Shown piece by piece: positions 42,521 through 55,157 of a stretch of DNA of 64,000 bases. The notes under the pieces were generated by a model. That model was given only the letters and a program-made list of their open reading frames with translations, did not search any database and was not told the DNA's origin. The number at the start of each line of letters is the position of its first letter. Position 1 is the stretch's first letter. The DNA is from Eledone cirrhosa. Taxonomy: Eukaryota. Both the position numbers and the translations under genes were made by a program. The stretch is taken from positions 59,582,001 through 59,646,000 of the forward strand of contig OZ024746.1 in NCBI GenBank assembly GCA_964016885.1, in the 5' to 3' direction.

Positions 42521-42845
42521 CTTAAACATACTCCTTCAAACTGTAGGCTCTCACCCCTACAGCCTCTATTCATATAACCATTATTACCCCATCTTCTGTT
42601 GCTCCACTTCTACCCACACTACTTCCTTCTCCTGACCCCTTGTCTGTCCAGATACACTTACCATTTTCTGCCCCCTCCCCACCATTTTCTCCATCAGCCC
42701 AGTTTACTACTATAAATTCAACCATAGCATTACCAAGACTATTTTACAAACCCTACAAATATTATTACACCATTGACAAGACTTGCTGAACACAAAAGCC
42801 GAAACCGCAGGGCACCACGATCGTGATTTTACACACCCACCCACT

Positions 42846-42909
<64 letters not shown>

Positions 42910-43032
42910 GGAGGTGAGTTTTATTGTAGTACAATAAAGCAATGCAGATATCGGATAAGAAGCACTCTACAGTTTGTAGGACTGGAGTATACATAATATA
43001 TAAGATCAAAAGATGGTTAAATGAGTTCCATG

Positions 43033-43103
43033 TATTTTATTATGCGCATTTCAAAAACAAATATCATCATGCAATAACATTTGTGTTTTCATCAGATAAA
43101 ATA
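43033..43103 (-). ncRNA. Type I hammerhead ribozyme
   Basis: Minus strand: tattttat-CTGATGA-stem II-GAAA-tgcgca-TA-ataaaata. Confidence 0.85.
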
Positions 43104-43249
43104 GGAGGACATGATATGAAGGTTAAAAAACACTTGTGGATAGTGCAGTTTGATATGTTGATTTGTGCAGTTTGCAGTTTGCAGTTTGATATGTTGATTT
43201 AAAACTGCACTATCCACAAGTGTTTTTTAACCTTCATATCATGTCCTCC

Positions 43250-43320
43250 TATTTTATCTGATGAAAACACAAATGTCATTGCATGATGATATTTGTTTTT
43301 GAAATGCGCATAATAAAATA
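43250..43320 (+). ncRNA. Type I hammerhead ribozyme
   Basis: tattttat-CTGATGA-aaacACAAATGTCATT-gcat-GATGATATTTGTtttt-GAAA-tgcgca-TA-ataaaata. Confidence 0.85.
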
Positions 43321-43350
43321 CATGGAACTCATTTAACCATCTTGTGATCT

Positions 43351-43452
<102 letters not shown>

Positions 43453-43521
43453 GAGTGTGTGTGTGTGTGTGTGTGTGAGTGTGTGTGTGTGTGTGCGTGC
43501 GTGTGTGTGTGTGTGTGTGTG

Positions 43522-43790
43522 TAGCCTGGCGTTCAAAGACCCTCAACTCTTCAACAAGCTGCCAAGAAATTTGAGAGACCTGCATGGTCATGGTGTGTAC
43601 GTGGATGTTTTCAAGCAACATCTCGACACCCTGCTATCCAAGTGCCCGGATGAGCCCACAGCACTGTACGAAGGAAACTTATGGGTAGCAGCAACGAACT
43701 CCCTCTTACACCAATGGCCAACCAACACAGGCTGGAGATAAAATGTGTAGCAACAAAGGTGGTGCCCCAGCATGGCCTCAGCCGGATCCG
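43522..43790 (+). pseudogene. CR1-group LINE ORF2 C-terminus and 3' UTR
   Basis: SLAFKDPQLFNKLPRNLRDLHG..VDVFKQHLDTLLSKCPDEP..AATNSLLHQ. Confidence 0.75.
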
Positions 43791-43848
43791 TATATATGTG
43801 GGCATGTACGTGTTTTTAAACTACGGTATAGTAGAAATGTGTATGTAT

Positions 43849-43886
<38 letters not shown>

Positions 43887-44092
43887 TGTGTATATATATA
43901 TATGTATGTATATGTGGTGCAATATAGTGTATGCAGCATATGTGGCTGTGTATGAGCATGCGTGTATGTGTGTGCGTGTATATGATTGTGTCATTATTTC
44001 GCTTTCAAACATTTTTATATATAGTAAACCTACCAAGAAAATTATAAAAATCTTTTTTTTTTCTACTCTTTCTCTTAAGGTCAGCTGTATTT

Positions 44093-44124
<32 letters not shown>

Positions 44125-44214
44125 CTACAGCTTTATTATTCCAATCATCAAATTAAATCTTGTGGCTGATATTTTTAATTAAAAATCTCCTCGTGTTCTC
44201 TAGTAATGTCACTG

Positions 44215-44750
44215 TACTTGTTATTGTTGTTGATGCTGTTGTTATTGTTATTGTTGTTGTTGTTACTGCTGCTAGTGTTGTTGTAGTTCTTGTTGTTGTT
44301 ACTTTTGTGTCTGCTGCAGAGATTATTGTTTTATTAATGTTGTTGTTGCTGTTGTTGTTGTTATTTTTTATTATTGTTGTTGTTACTGATGCTGCTGTTG
44401 ATATTATTGTTGCTGTTGTTGTTGTTACTGCTGCTGCTGCTATTGATGTTGCTGTTGTTGTTATTTTTATTGTTGTTGTTGTTACTGTTGCTGCTGCTGC
44501 TTTTGATGTTGCTGTTGTTGTTATTTTATTGTTGTTGTTGTTACTACTACTATTAATGCTGCTGCAGAGATTTTTGGTTTTACTGTTGTTGTTGCTGTTG
44601 TTGCTGCTACTGCTTGTGTTGTTTCTGTTGTTGTTGCTGCTGTTGTTGTTGCTGTTGTTGTTGCTGCTGTTTCTGTTGTTGTTGTTGTTGTTGGTGCTGC
44701 TGTTGCTGTTGTTGTTTCTGTTGTTACTGCTGTTGTTGTTGCTGTTGTTG
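44215..44750. repeat. (TTG/CTG)n array
   Basis: Directly visible. Confidence 0.9.
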
Positions 44751-45057
44751 TCGGGGAACAACTATACTAATTATCGTCATAGTAACACCAAATGACTAAA
44801 ATGGTGAAGAGAAATGAGCTGAAATTCTAAGGAATTACACCAATTTAGATAAGGAATTTGACGCATTTGGAATTGGTAAAACTGGAATTCATTGACATAT
44901 CATTGGACGTTGATACAAATAGTGTGCTAGATCAATTAACCATCTTTTTGTATATGGATGAAGACCTTGATTTGTACACTGCTGGTGATGTTGTACACAA
45001 CTAGTAACACGGCTACGAACAGTACACGATTTTACTAGAGTACATGGTATGAGAGTC

Positions 45058-45606
45058 TGGTGATATCCAGTGATAGCCAGTAGTATCTAGACATGCATTC
45101 AGTAACACTCAGTGGTATTCAGTGATATCCAATGAAAAGCAGTGAAAATCCCTGAACAATCTTAGATATCACTGGATATCTAGTGATATTTAGCGTTACT
45201 CAGTGATAACAAGTGATGTTCAGTAATATTCAATGATATCCAGTGATATCCAATAGTAGTCAATGATATCCAGGGATATCCAGTGATATTCAGTTATATT
45301 CAGTTATAGACAGTAACACAGTTAAATCCAACGATATTCAGTGCTGTCCAGAGAGGGTCAGTGATATCTAGAGATATCTAGTGATATTCAATGATAGTGA
45401 TATCCAGTTATATTCCGTTATATCCAACAGTATCCAGTGATGTCAGAGATAGTCAATGATATCCAGGGATATCTAGTGATATCCAGTTATATTCCGTTAT
45501 ATCCAACGGTATCCAGTGATGTCCAAGGTCCAGAGAAAGTCAGTGATATCCAGGGATATCCAGTGATATTCAGTTTAGTGATATCCAGTTGTATTCCGTT
45601 ATATCC
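45058..45606. repeat. Degenerate 10 bp minisatellite (CAGTGATATC)n
   Basis: About 50 diverged units, with a higher-order block repeated near the 3' end. Confidence 0.85.
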
Positions 45607-46227
45607 AAACCTGTAGCTTCTTTATCTCAACCTGCATCACTCCATATCTTCAGCCTAATGAGATATGAGCAATTTTTTTTCTTATCACAATTAATTCTCA
45701 TTAATTAATGGAGCTAATTTTCCAAAAACTCTTTAAATCCTAATTAATATAAACACACATACACCACTACTACCACCACCACCACCACCACCACCACCAC
45801 CACCATTGCTACTAAAATTTTGCGTTCGATTTTAATCTTATGATGTTTGCTTTTGTTGTTGTTTTTGTTATATTTCTTTATCTTTTGTTGATGTGTTTTT
45901 GTTTGTTTTTTGTTGTTTGTCTTTTTTTTTTGTTTAGTTTTTTTTTTGTTTAAGTTTTTTCGTTTGTTTTTCAAAGTAAAAATGTCGGCGAGTGCAGAAT
46001 TATTTGAGAGAAAGGTTTTCTGTTCTCAGAGCGTTTCCACTACAAAGGCCGACGTTTCCATTGTTGTTTCTTTTGTTCAACAATTTTTAGTCCATTGAAA
46101 AATTTCTTCCTTGTCGGAAAGTCTGCTGTATTGAGTTCAACATTTGTTTTATCTAGGTTTATTTTCTTTTTCGTTTTTACTATTTACTATTGGCTGACCA
46201 CAAACACACACACGCACACACAGATAC

Positions 46228-46259
<32 letters not shown>

Positions 46260-47001
46260 TCATACACATACACGCACATACACAATTACACACACACACA
46301 CACACACACACAATCACACACATACACACACATGCACATACGCCCGCGTGCGCCAACGGATATATACATGCATACGTAGCTACACACACATACATAGCTA
46401 CACACACATACATGCATATACATGCACATAGTTGCACGTACAGTGACACGTACACACACACACACACACACACATGCACATAAGCCCGCGTGTGCCATCA
46501 CATATGCACATGCATACATAGCTACATACACACATACATACACCTACACACACGTACATACACATACATGCAGATAGATGCACATGCAGTGATACACACA
46601 GACATTCATACACACACACACACGTACACAGACATATACACACACACACATACACACATACACACATACACACATACATGCACACATATACACATTCACA
46701 CACTTACGCATACATATATACATAGGCTCACATGCATAAATAAACATACACAGAGAGAGAAAGGAAAAAACACATTTTATTGGTAAAAGTTTAATGAGAT
46801 GGAAGTTTAAACTTCAAAAGTGAACATTAGCGTCGGAGCAAAGATGACACGCAAATGTCGTAATCGGAGGTCAGCTATTGTTAACTGACCCAAAAAAAAC
46901 TCCAAATATTAGCCTAAGGCTCGTTAACTTGGTTTTCAAAATACATCGCATAAAATACAACCCTTGGGCTATATATATATATGTATATGTATGTATGTTT
47001 G

Positions 47002-47062
<61 letters not shown>

Positions 47063-47080
47063 ATATATGTATATATATAC

Positions 47081-47152
<72 letters not shown>

Positions 47153-47153
47153 G

Positions 47154-47202
<49 letters not shown>

Positions 47203-47203
47203 G

Positions 47204-47256
<53 letters not shown>

Positions 47257-47267
47257 GTATGTATATG

Positions 47268-47298
<31 letters not shown>

Positions 47299-47311
47299 GT
47301 ATATGTATATG

Positions 47312-47390
<79 letters not shown>

Positions 47391-47713
47391 GTATATGTAT
47401 ATGTATGTATATATATATATATATATATATGTATATGTATGTATATATATATATTCATACATAGATATACACTCTTCTCATCTAATCACCAGAAGAATTC
47501 TAGCATAATTCTCTTGCTCAGCTTTTACTAACAAATCATTTAGTACATTTTATTTGTAAACTTTTGTTCACTTTAAAATAAGTTATCTATTTTTGTTTGT
47601 TGTTTTTATGGTAGTGCCACAACATGGCCACGTGTAGCAGGCCAAAACCAGTTTAAGAGTGAACGAGAAACGAGGTATGTATATAAGTATATATATATGT
47701 ATATATATATATT

Positions 47714-47753
<40 letters not shown>

Positions 47754-47785
47754 TAAGATCAAAAGATGGTTAAATGAGTTCCATG

Positions 47786-47856
47786 TATTTTATTATGCGC
47801 ATTTCAAAAACAAATATCATCATGCAATAACATTTGTGTTTTCATCAGATAAAATA
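47786..47856 (-). ncRNA. Type I hammerhead ribozyme
   Basis: Same motif as 43033-43103. Confidence 0.85.
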
Positions 47857-47903
47857 GGAGGACATGATATGAAGTGTTTTTTAACCTTCATATCATGTCC
47901 TCC

Positions 47904-47974
47904 TATTTTATCTGATGAAAACACAAATGTTATTGCATGATGATATTTGTTTTTGAAATGCGCATAATAAAATA
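47904..47974 (+). ncRNA. Type I hammerhead ribozyme
   Basis: tattttat-CTGATGA-stem II-GAAA-tgcgca-TA-ataaaata. Confidence 0.85.
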
Positions 47975-48249
47975 CATGGAACTCATTTAACCATCTTTTG
48001 ATCTTATATATTATGTATACTCCAGTCCTACAAAGTGTAGAGTGCTTCTTATCCGATATCTGCATTGCTTTATTGTACTACAATAAAACTCACCTCCTAC
48101 ATATATATATATAGTAATAATAATAAATTTGAAGACTAAAATCGAAAGAGGGCTCGATAAGGATAAATATATATGAAATATATAAGAACCGTAGAGCAAA
48201 TATTGTTTAATCTGTTATTTTAATAAATATAAATATATATATATATATA

Positions 48250-48457
48250 TAGGAACAAGTATGACCCCTACGGCAGAGCTCAAGCCGTTTCGACGGCTAA
48301 TTCTGGACTAAATTAGCCAGTCCAGAATTAGCCGTCGAAACGGCTTGAGCTCTGCCGTCGGGGTCATACTTGTTCCTATTACCCACTCTACTACCCTAAG
48401 TATTGAGTACTTTGATGCGTTATGTTCCATCTGGTTTCTTACCACATTTCCTTCGTT
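48250..48457 (+). mobile_element. Fold-back element carrying a hammerhead-like 3' half
   Basis: 60 bp arms 48250-48309/48319-48378 contain GTC-GAAA-cggc-TT-gagct. Relatives at 10591-10655 and 40462-40522. Confidence 0.6.
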
Positions 48458-48760
48458 ATATATATATATATATATAAAATAAAAATGAGGTAGCCATTAC
48501 AATACAATAGGAGGGAACATAATAGTACCACTAATAATGTTGCAGGTATGCAACGAAAGAACTTTGATAGACTATATATATATATATTTATATCTGTATT
48601 TTTAACCGTTGGTCAATCAATGAAAAACATTGATTGCCAAATAAATAAAATAGGGGGATATAAAAGATACAGCAGCGAAAACCAACAAAAGAGTGAATGT
48701 GTTCTGGCAATATTGACCCCCCACCCCACCCCACTCCACCCCACCCACCTAAGTATAACA

Positions 48761-48825
<65 letters not shown>

Positions 48826-48835
48826 CATATGTATG

Positions 48836-48866
<31 letters not shown>

Positions 48867-49195
48867 GTATATATATATATTAATCAAAATATTAACACAT
48901 GATTTCATATTTTGAATAATATTAAAAACTCCAGGAAAACTTTTTAACTGTTGAGTGCTTTTAATCTATTATAAAATTGTATTAATTGAGTAATCAACGA
49001 ACCATAGTAATCTTTGGTTATATATATATATATATAAATATATATAAATATATATATATATGTACAAAGAGAGAGAGAGAGGGGGGATATATATGGGGAG
49101 GGCGTTTCTTAGTATTTCTTACTAGACGGGTATTGAGAAACTGTTTCAGATTAATACTCAATACAATATGATACAAAATGTATATAGTAGTGTCA

Positions 49196-49274
<79 letters not shown>

Positions 49275-49280
<6 letters not shown>

Positions 49281-49875
49281 CAAATAACGAAACGAAATTA
49301 AATTTCGTTTCGTTTGTAACTCACTTTTGTATGACTGACGCTTAAACAATTAAGTTAAAAATGTACATCCACATATGTATACTGAAATACTAGTATGCAT
49401 ATGAATACACACACGTGTACATATGTAGATGTACCGAGTTTTTCACTGGTCACTTTACTGTGAGTGTCCAGCTATTCTGTATGTAAACACACAGACAAAC
49501 CGGTTTTTAGAGTCATACTGGTTTTTGAGGAAACACCTTTCCTCTATTCTCCAGAAAGCCAGACAAGGAATATTGGACTAGTTTCGATGTTGTTACATCT
49601 CATCAGCAATATTTACCTATCTTCCGGCCTTTCTAGAGAATCGTAAAAGCACATATCGTTATATGCTTTTTCTATGAAAATTAGTAGTGGGCAGACCAAT
49701 TTGCATAGAGCGTGAGTACGTACCGGTTCAACGGAGACGATAAAAACAAATAACGAAACGAAATTAAATTTCGTTTCGTTTGTAACTCACTTTTGTATGA
49801 CTGACGCTTAAACAATTAAGTTAAAAATGTACATCCACATATGTATACTGAAATACTAGTATGCATATGAATACA
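49275..49875 (-). mobile_element. Non-coding hammerhead retroelement (retrozyme-like), 466 bp unit, 1.3 copies
   Basis: Identical 135 bp direct repeats at 49275-49409 and 49741-49875; one hammerhead; no meaningful ORF; (TA)n flanks. Confidence 0.8.
49569..49613 (-). ncRNA. Minimal type I hammerhead ribozyme, canonical
   Basis: Minus strand: aatattg-CTGATGA-GATGT-aaca-ACATC-GAAA-ctag-TC-caatatt. All stems are perfect; GUC cleavage triplet. Confidence 0.92.
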
Positions 49876-49877
49876 TA

Positions 49878-49933
<56 letters not shown>

Positions 49934-49936
<3 letters not shown>

Positions 49937-50115
49937 ATTGGCAGTATCGGTAGAGGGTCGGACGCCATGCTTTGATGCATAGAGTTACGGCCCTTCCAAT
50001 CTGAGTTCAAATCCCACCAAGGTTAACTTTGCCTTTCATCCTTACGGGGTCGATAAAATAAAGTACCAGTAATGCACTGGGTAATTGCTGGCCTTGTGCC
50101 AAAAGTAGAAACAAT

Positions 50116-50117
<2 letters not shown>
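49934..50117 (+). mobile_element. SINE family A
   Basis: Consensus match. Confidence 0.9.
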
Positions 50118-50146
<29 letters not shown>

Positions 50147-50176
50147 AGATCAAATGATGGTTAAAAGAGTTCCATG

Positions 50177-50244
50177 TATTGTATGCGCATTTCAGAAACA
50201 AATATCATCATGAGATGATACTTACGTTCTCATCAGATAAAATA
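50177..50244 (-). ncRNA. Hammerhead in PLE 3' pLTR (stem I' damaged)
   Basis: Minus strand: tattttat-CTGATGA-gaac..gtttct-GAAA-tgcgca-TA-caata. Confidence 0.7.
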
Positions 50245-51346
50245 GGGAGACATGATATAAAGTTTAAAAAATACTTGCGAGCAGTGAAGTGTTAAATCTA
50301 CATATGAAAAATAAAATAAGATGCATATATGAGATTGGGAAAAAAAGAAGGAAGGGGGAAGGAAAAGGTAAGGAAGAGGAAGAAAGAAAATAAAGGATGA
50401 CTGGGGAGGATTATAAGAAGGAAGGGTGAGAGAGGAGGAGAAATGAGTGGGAGAGAGAGATAGACTTCAATACTGAGAAACACTGTCTCACGGAGAGAAA
50501 TTTAAAAAAAACCGTTGTAAGATAATACATAATTTAAAAAAATTTTGAAATTAAAAGTTAATGAGGTTTATGAATGGTGATGTTTATAATTAAAGAAAAA
50601 GGAATTAAGAATAGTATTTATTTAAGGGTTTAATAATATGTGCGAAAAGGAATTTATTAATATGTATTATTAAAATTAAAATATTAAGGATATAAGGTGA
50701 GTGAAGAAGAGATTAAATGAATTATGAACTTAGATGAATTAGTTAGGGTCTAAGTTTGTTTAATAATTGTTTCTACTTTTTGGCACAAGGCCAGCAATTT
50801 ACCCAATGCATTACTGGTACTTTATTTTAGTGACCTCGTAAGGATGAAAGGCAAAGTTAACCTCGGCGGGATTTGAACTCAGATCATAAAGGGACGTAAC
50901 TCTATGCTTCAAAGCATGGTGTCCGACTCTCTACCGATAAATTAAGAAGTAATTGAGAAGTAAAAGTTACAGATTAAAGATTAGAAATTAAAAAAGAAAA
51001 AAGGAAAAAAGGAAAAAAGGATAAAAAAATAAGAAAAATAGGGGACCGCTAACGACATAGAATGAGTAAATTGTATAATATAATTGTTTCTACGTTAGGC
51101 ACAAGGCCAGCAATTACCCAGTGTATTACTGGTACTTTATTTTATCGACTCCGTAAGGATGAAAGGCAAAGTTAACCTCGGCGGGATTTGAACTCAGAAT
51201 GGCAAGGGCCGTAACTCTATGCGTCAAAGCAAATTGAGTAAATTGTATAATATAATATACTGAAATAAGGTAGAAAGATGGGTATATTTGTAAAAGATAA
51301 AAGCGTTTGAGAAAAGAAGATTTTAAGCTAATTAGGTAGTGAGATA

Positions 51347-52930
51347 TTAGCTGTATACTTTATTGAAAGTTCTATGAGATTTATGCAAGCAGAGCGAAAA
51401 TAAATCCGTACGTCTATTTATTATAGAATTAAAATTAGAGATAATGGTAAATTTCTCGGCTAGGCAGAGATTACATGTTCTGGATAGGGAAGAATTCCGG
51501 TAAGGAGAGGCGTTGCAAACCTTCCTCCAAGAAATGTTGTAGTTAATATTTTTGTCTTTTAAGGACCATATGAGTTCTGAGAGTGCCGTGTTAGTTCTTT
51601 TAAGTTGGTATTTAAAAGACGAATTGTGATTATAAAATCTTGCTTTAAAGGAAGTGGAAGTGGAACCAAAATAGGTAAAAGAATTAGTACCAGTTATAAC
51701 CTTACATTCATACACTAAATTTTTATCAAGACATTGGTTATTAAGAGGACATTTAGTTCTAACAGGGCAATTACAATTACGATTAGAGAAATTACCAGAG
51801 TTATTAACAAGTGACCTAGTATTATTTATAGAAGGAATTGGATTGGAGAAGTTATTTACGATAGGTGCCAAAGTTTCCTGATTTAGATTGGTGTTATGAA
51901 CATTCGACAAAGTTACGTTTGACGTCGTATTTAAATTTACTGAATCTAGCCTAGAGTTAACATTGACGTCGGATTTACTATTGCTATTATTATGACGCTC
52001 AGTGTTGGATGGATATAATTTATTATTTAATATTTTATTATTATGTTTAGAGATAGTGGTGGAATAAGAGAATTTGATTGTATGTTTGTTAAAGATCTTA
52101 ATATAGATATGCGAGGAAGGGAAGCATTTATCTAAGGCCCTAAAAAATAGTTTAGGAATATTACTAGTAATAGATAGAGAAAAAGAAGTGTTGTACCAAA
52201 TCATATTTTTGTATCTATGTCTTTTATTTAAGTTATTGGAATGTTCATAACTAACTATTTTACTATAAGTCCTTCGATGATTGGTTTCTTTACTGTATTT
52301 AATTTTGTCAGGATAACCGGCTTTGGAAAGTGGATTATTATAATAATTGGCATTAGCGTCGAAGATAACTTTATTAGAGGATAGATTTGAGATTATTTTT
52401 TCAACATTACTGACTATAGCATTTTTAACGTTAATGCGGTGGTTAGATTTAAAATTAACATAATTTAGATTCTCATTGCCTTTATGGTAAGGGTAATATA
52501 GGCCGGTGTCAAGGTTAAGGGATATATCCAGGAAGTTAGCTAGTTTGACGTTGTTTTCAAATTCAATTTTTAGGTTATGGTGCTTAAATAGATCAAGTAT
52601 AATATTCTTATTAATATTAAGGTTAACTAGGTTACACTTTAAGACAGTAAAAAGGGTATCGTCACGATAAATTCCACCGCGAAGTTGAGGAATTTTCCGA
52701 TTTAAAGAATTCAAAATAAAGATACCAATCAAGTCCGTCAATTGCGCTGAATCCGACGAACCCATTGTGATATCAAAATTGTTGGAAGTATCAGCTCTAG
52801 TCCAATATTCGTTGTTGAATTCCAGGATAGTTTTTCTCGCGGTGAGAATGATGTAAAGTTCATCTGTGGTAATGTCAGAATATTTAAATGCGAATAATAG
52901 AGCGTTGTTGAGGAGTGAAGGCGAAACTGA
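51347..52930 (-). CDS. Penelope-like reverse transcriptase + GIY-YIG endonuclease (N-terminally truncated)
   Basis: FDITMGSSDSAQLTDLIG, GIYRDD, NFLDISLNL, CNC..CPLNNQC, LVYECK..TYFGST..FKARFYNH, CNLCLAEK. The frame stays open upstream of the listed Met to ~52930. Confidence 0.92.
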   Translation of the reverse strand, partial: SVSPSLLNNALLFAFKYSDITTDELYIILTARKTILEFNNEYWTRADTSNNFDITMGSSDSAQLTDLIGIFILNSLNRKIPQLRGGIYRDDTLFTVLKCNLVNLNINKNIILDLFKHHNLKIEFENNVKLANFLDISLNLDTGLYYPYHKGNENLNYVNFKSNHRINVKNAIVSNVEKIISNLSSNKVIFDANANYYNNPLSKAGYPDKIKYSKETNHRRTYSKIVSYEHSNNLNKRHRYKNMIWYNTSFSLSITSNIPKLFFRALDKCFPSSHIYIKIFNKHTIKFSYSTTISKHNNKILNNKLYPSNTERHNNSNSKSDVNVNSRLDSVNLNTTSNVTLSNVHNTNLNQETLAPIVNNFSNPIPSINNTRSLVNNSGNFSNRNCNCPVRTKCPLNNQCLDKNLVYECKVITGTNSFTYFGSTSTSFKARFYNHNSSFKYQLKRTNTALSELIWSLKDKNINYNISWRKVCNASPYRNSSLSRTCNLCLAEKFTIISNFNSIINRRTDLFSLCLHKSHRTFNKVYS

Positions 52931-53271
52931 ATAAATGTTTGTTTGTTTTTATTATTCAGGTCATTGAACCAGTTAATTACATCAGATGTACCAATTATAT
53001 ATATTATTTATACTCCAATCATATAAACTGTTGAGTGCTACTTATCCGATATTTGCATTGCTTTATTGTGCTACAATAAAACTCACCTCCTACATATATA
53101 TATATATATACATACATACATAGATATGTGTGTGTGCCTGTGTCTGTGTTCGTGCGTTTGAGGGGGTATATACAATATATGGTTGTATGTTTATATATTC
53201 ACTATATATGTATGTATGTACATATATATATATATATACATACACACACATATACTTATATTGCGAATATA

Positions 53272-53463
53272 TGACGGTCGGTTGAAAAGTTCATAGGCTG
53301 ATCAACATACTTTCATGGAATAAATTATGTTTATTTATTCAACATAGTCCCTGGAAAGAAACAATGTAGTTATTAATAAGAGTTGAAATTAATGCATGCA
53401 AGATTTCACACCTCTAGCATCACTCCTCCATAGCCAACATATGAACTTTTCAACCTACCCTCG
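53272..53463. mobile_element. Mariner-type MITE
   Basis: TIRs TGACGGTCGGTTGAAAAGTTCATA / TATGAACTTTTCAACCTACCCTCG with TA flanks. Confidence 0.75.
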
Positions 53464-53481
53464 TATACATATCTTTCTATA

Positions 53482-53800
53482 GCAGCACTCCGTCGGTTAG
53501 GACGATGAGTGTTCCAGTTGATATGATCAACGGAATAGCCTGCTCGTGAAATTAACGTGTAAGTGACTGAGCATTCCTCAAATACGCTACCCTTAACGTA
53601 GTTCTCAGGGAGATTCAGCATGACACAGAATGTGATAAGCTTGGACCTTCGAATTACTGGTACAACTCATTTTTGCCAGCTGTGTGAACTAGAGCATCGG
53701 GAAATAAAGTGTCTTGCTTAAGGACATAACGCGCTGCCGGGAATTGAACTCACGGCCTTATGAGTGTGAGCCAAATACCCTGACCACAAAGCCACGCCCT
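53482..53800 (-). mobile_element. tRNA-derived SINE family B
   Basis: Minus-strand tRNA head (GTGGCTTTGTGG..GAGTTCAATTCC) and TCCTTAAGCAAGACACTTTATTTC. A diverged copy is at 54110-54395. Confidence 0.8.
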
Positions 53801-53961
53801 CTCACACAGCTTTCTACAGTGAAAGGAAAAGGAGCCAGGGACATTTTTTTCTCTCATCACTTTACCTACTTCTAAGGGGTTTTTCTTCCCAAAGGAGTAA
53901 AGAGTGGCCGTTACAAATTTGTGTGTGTCTATGTGTGCGTGTGTATGTGTGTGTGCGTGTG

Positions 53962-54047
<86 letters not shown>

Positions 54048-54402
54048 TGTGTGTGTGCGTGCGTGTGTATATGTGTGTGTGTGTATGCGTCTGTCTGTGT
54101 GTGTGTGTGTTGGACCTCCGTCTGTTCTCTCGGCGGGAATAAAGTGCGAATGACTAAACATTCCACAAATAAATCTACCCATACCTTAGTTTTCAATGAG
54201 ATTCAACGTGATACGCTGATACGGTGTAGTAAGCCTGGCTCAACGAACTATAGATACAACTCATTTTTGTCAGCTGCGTTGAACTGGAGCGATGGGAAGT
54301 AAAGTGTCTTGCTTGACGACACAACACACCGCTGGATATTAAACTCACACCGTTACGATCGTGAACTGAGCGCCACTAACAACTAAGCCACACATTTTCA
54401 CA

Positions 54403-54438
<36 letters not shown>

Positions 54439-54439
54439 A

Positions 54440-54652
54440 CGATCGACTTTCGTCAAATCGGACCGAGGGAACAATGTTTCCGTTGGTCTTTCCAATTGCT
54501 AATACTATCTATCGGTCGCAACTCCAGGTAGAAGGAGCAACGTGAAATAAAGTGTCTTGCTCAAGGACATAACGCATCGCCTGGTCCAGGAATCGAACTC
54601 ACAACCTTACGATTGCGAATCCAATTCTCTAACCACTCAGCCACACGCCTTC
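54440..54652 (-). mobile_element. tRNA-derived SINE family B variant
   Basis: A and B boxes on the minus strand; matches 3590-3782. Confidence 0.8.
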
Positions 54653-54696
54653 ACTATATATATATAGTTATGTAATAAACAACATAAGATAATTAT

Positions 54697-54757
54697 TTCA
54701 TTTACCAGTGGTTTCTTGAAAGCAGATATTATATCTGTTTTTAGTCGTCAGAATGAA
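54697..54757 (-). ncRNA. Type I hammerhead ribozyme
   Basis: Minus strand: ttcatt-CTGACGA-ctaAAAACAGATA-taa-TATCTGCTTTcaa-GAAA-ccactgg-TA-aatgaa. Confidence 0.8.
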
Positions 54758-55157
54758 TTAAAAAAAACATGGTGTTTTTATTAAATATGGATTTGAAAAC
54801 AAAAATATTTAAGAAATATGAAAGTGAGGCTGAGAAACAAACGGGCGAAAAAGAAGGGTAGAAAAAATATATAAATAAATATATATAAAAAAAAACAATA
54901 AATATCCAGAACGTAAGCAGACGTACTAAACCACGCACATATACTTAAAAGGTAAGCAGACGTATACTTTATCACATAAGCGTATTAGCGTTTACAGACA
55001 GGAACATACATACATATACATACATATACATGAAGTAATAAATAAATAAATGAAAGAACATAGAATATACAAAGTCAACAACAAAGGCAAAAGGGAGACG
55101 TATTGACAGCAGCCTACATAGAGCACTCTTTTTCCTGTACCTTTCTGATGGAATTAC

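Larger units (their letters stand above)
47752..48100. mobile_element. Second fold-back PLE pseudo-LTR element, same family as 42907-43352
   Basis: Arms 47752-47873 and 47887-48008; (TA)n flanks. Confidence 0.85.
50142..53093 (-). mobile_element. 5'-truncated Penelope-like element (RT + GIY-YIG) with hammerhead pLTR and inverted pLTR tail
   Basis: RT/EN ORF. 3' pLTR 50142-50295 is homologous to the 43/47 kb elements. Inverted pLTR tail at 52995-53093. Two SINE insertions (50762-50938, 51081-51230). (TA)n flanks. Confidence 0.9.

Noticed and set aside
42765-42820. Possible decayed hammerhead (TTGACAA..AGCC-GAAA-CCG)
   Set aside because: Too many core mismatches to support.
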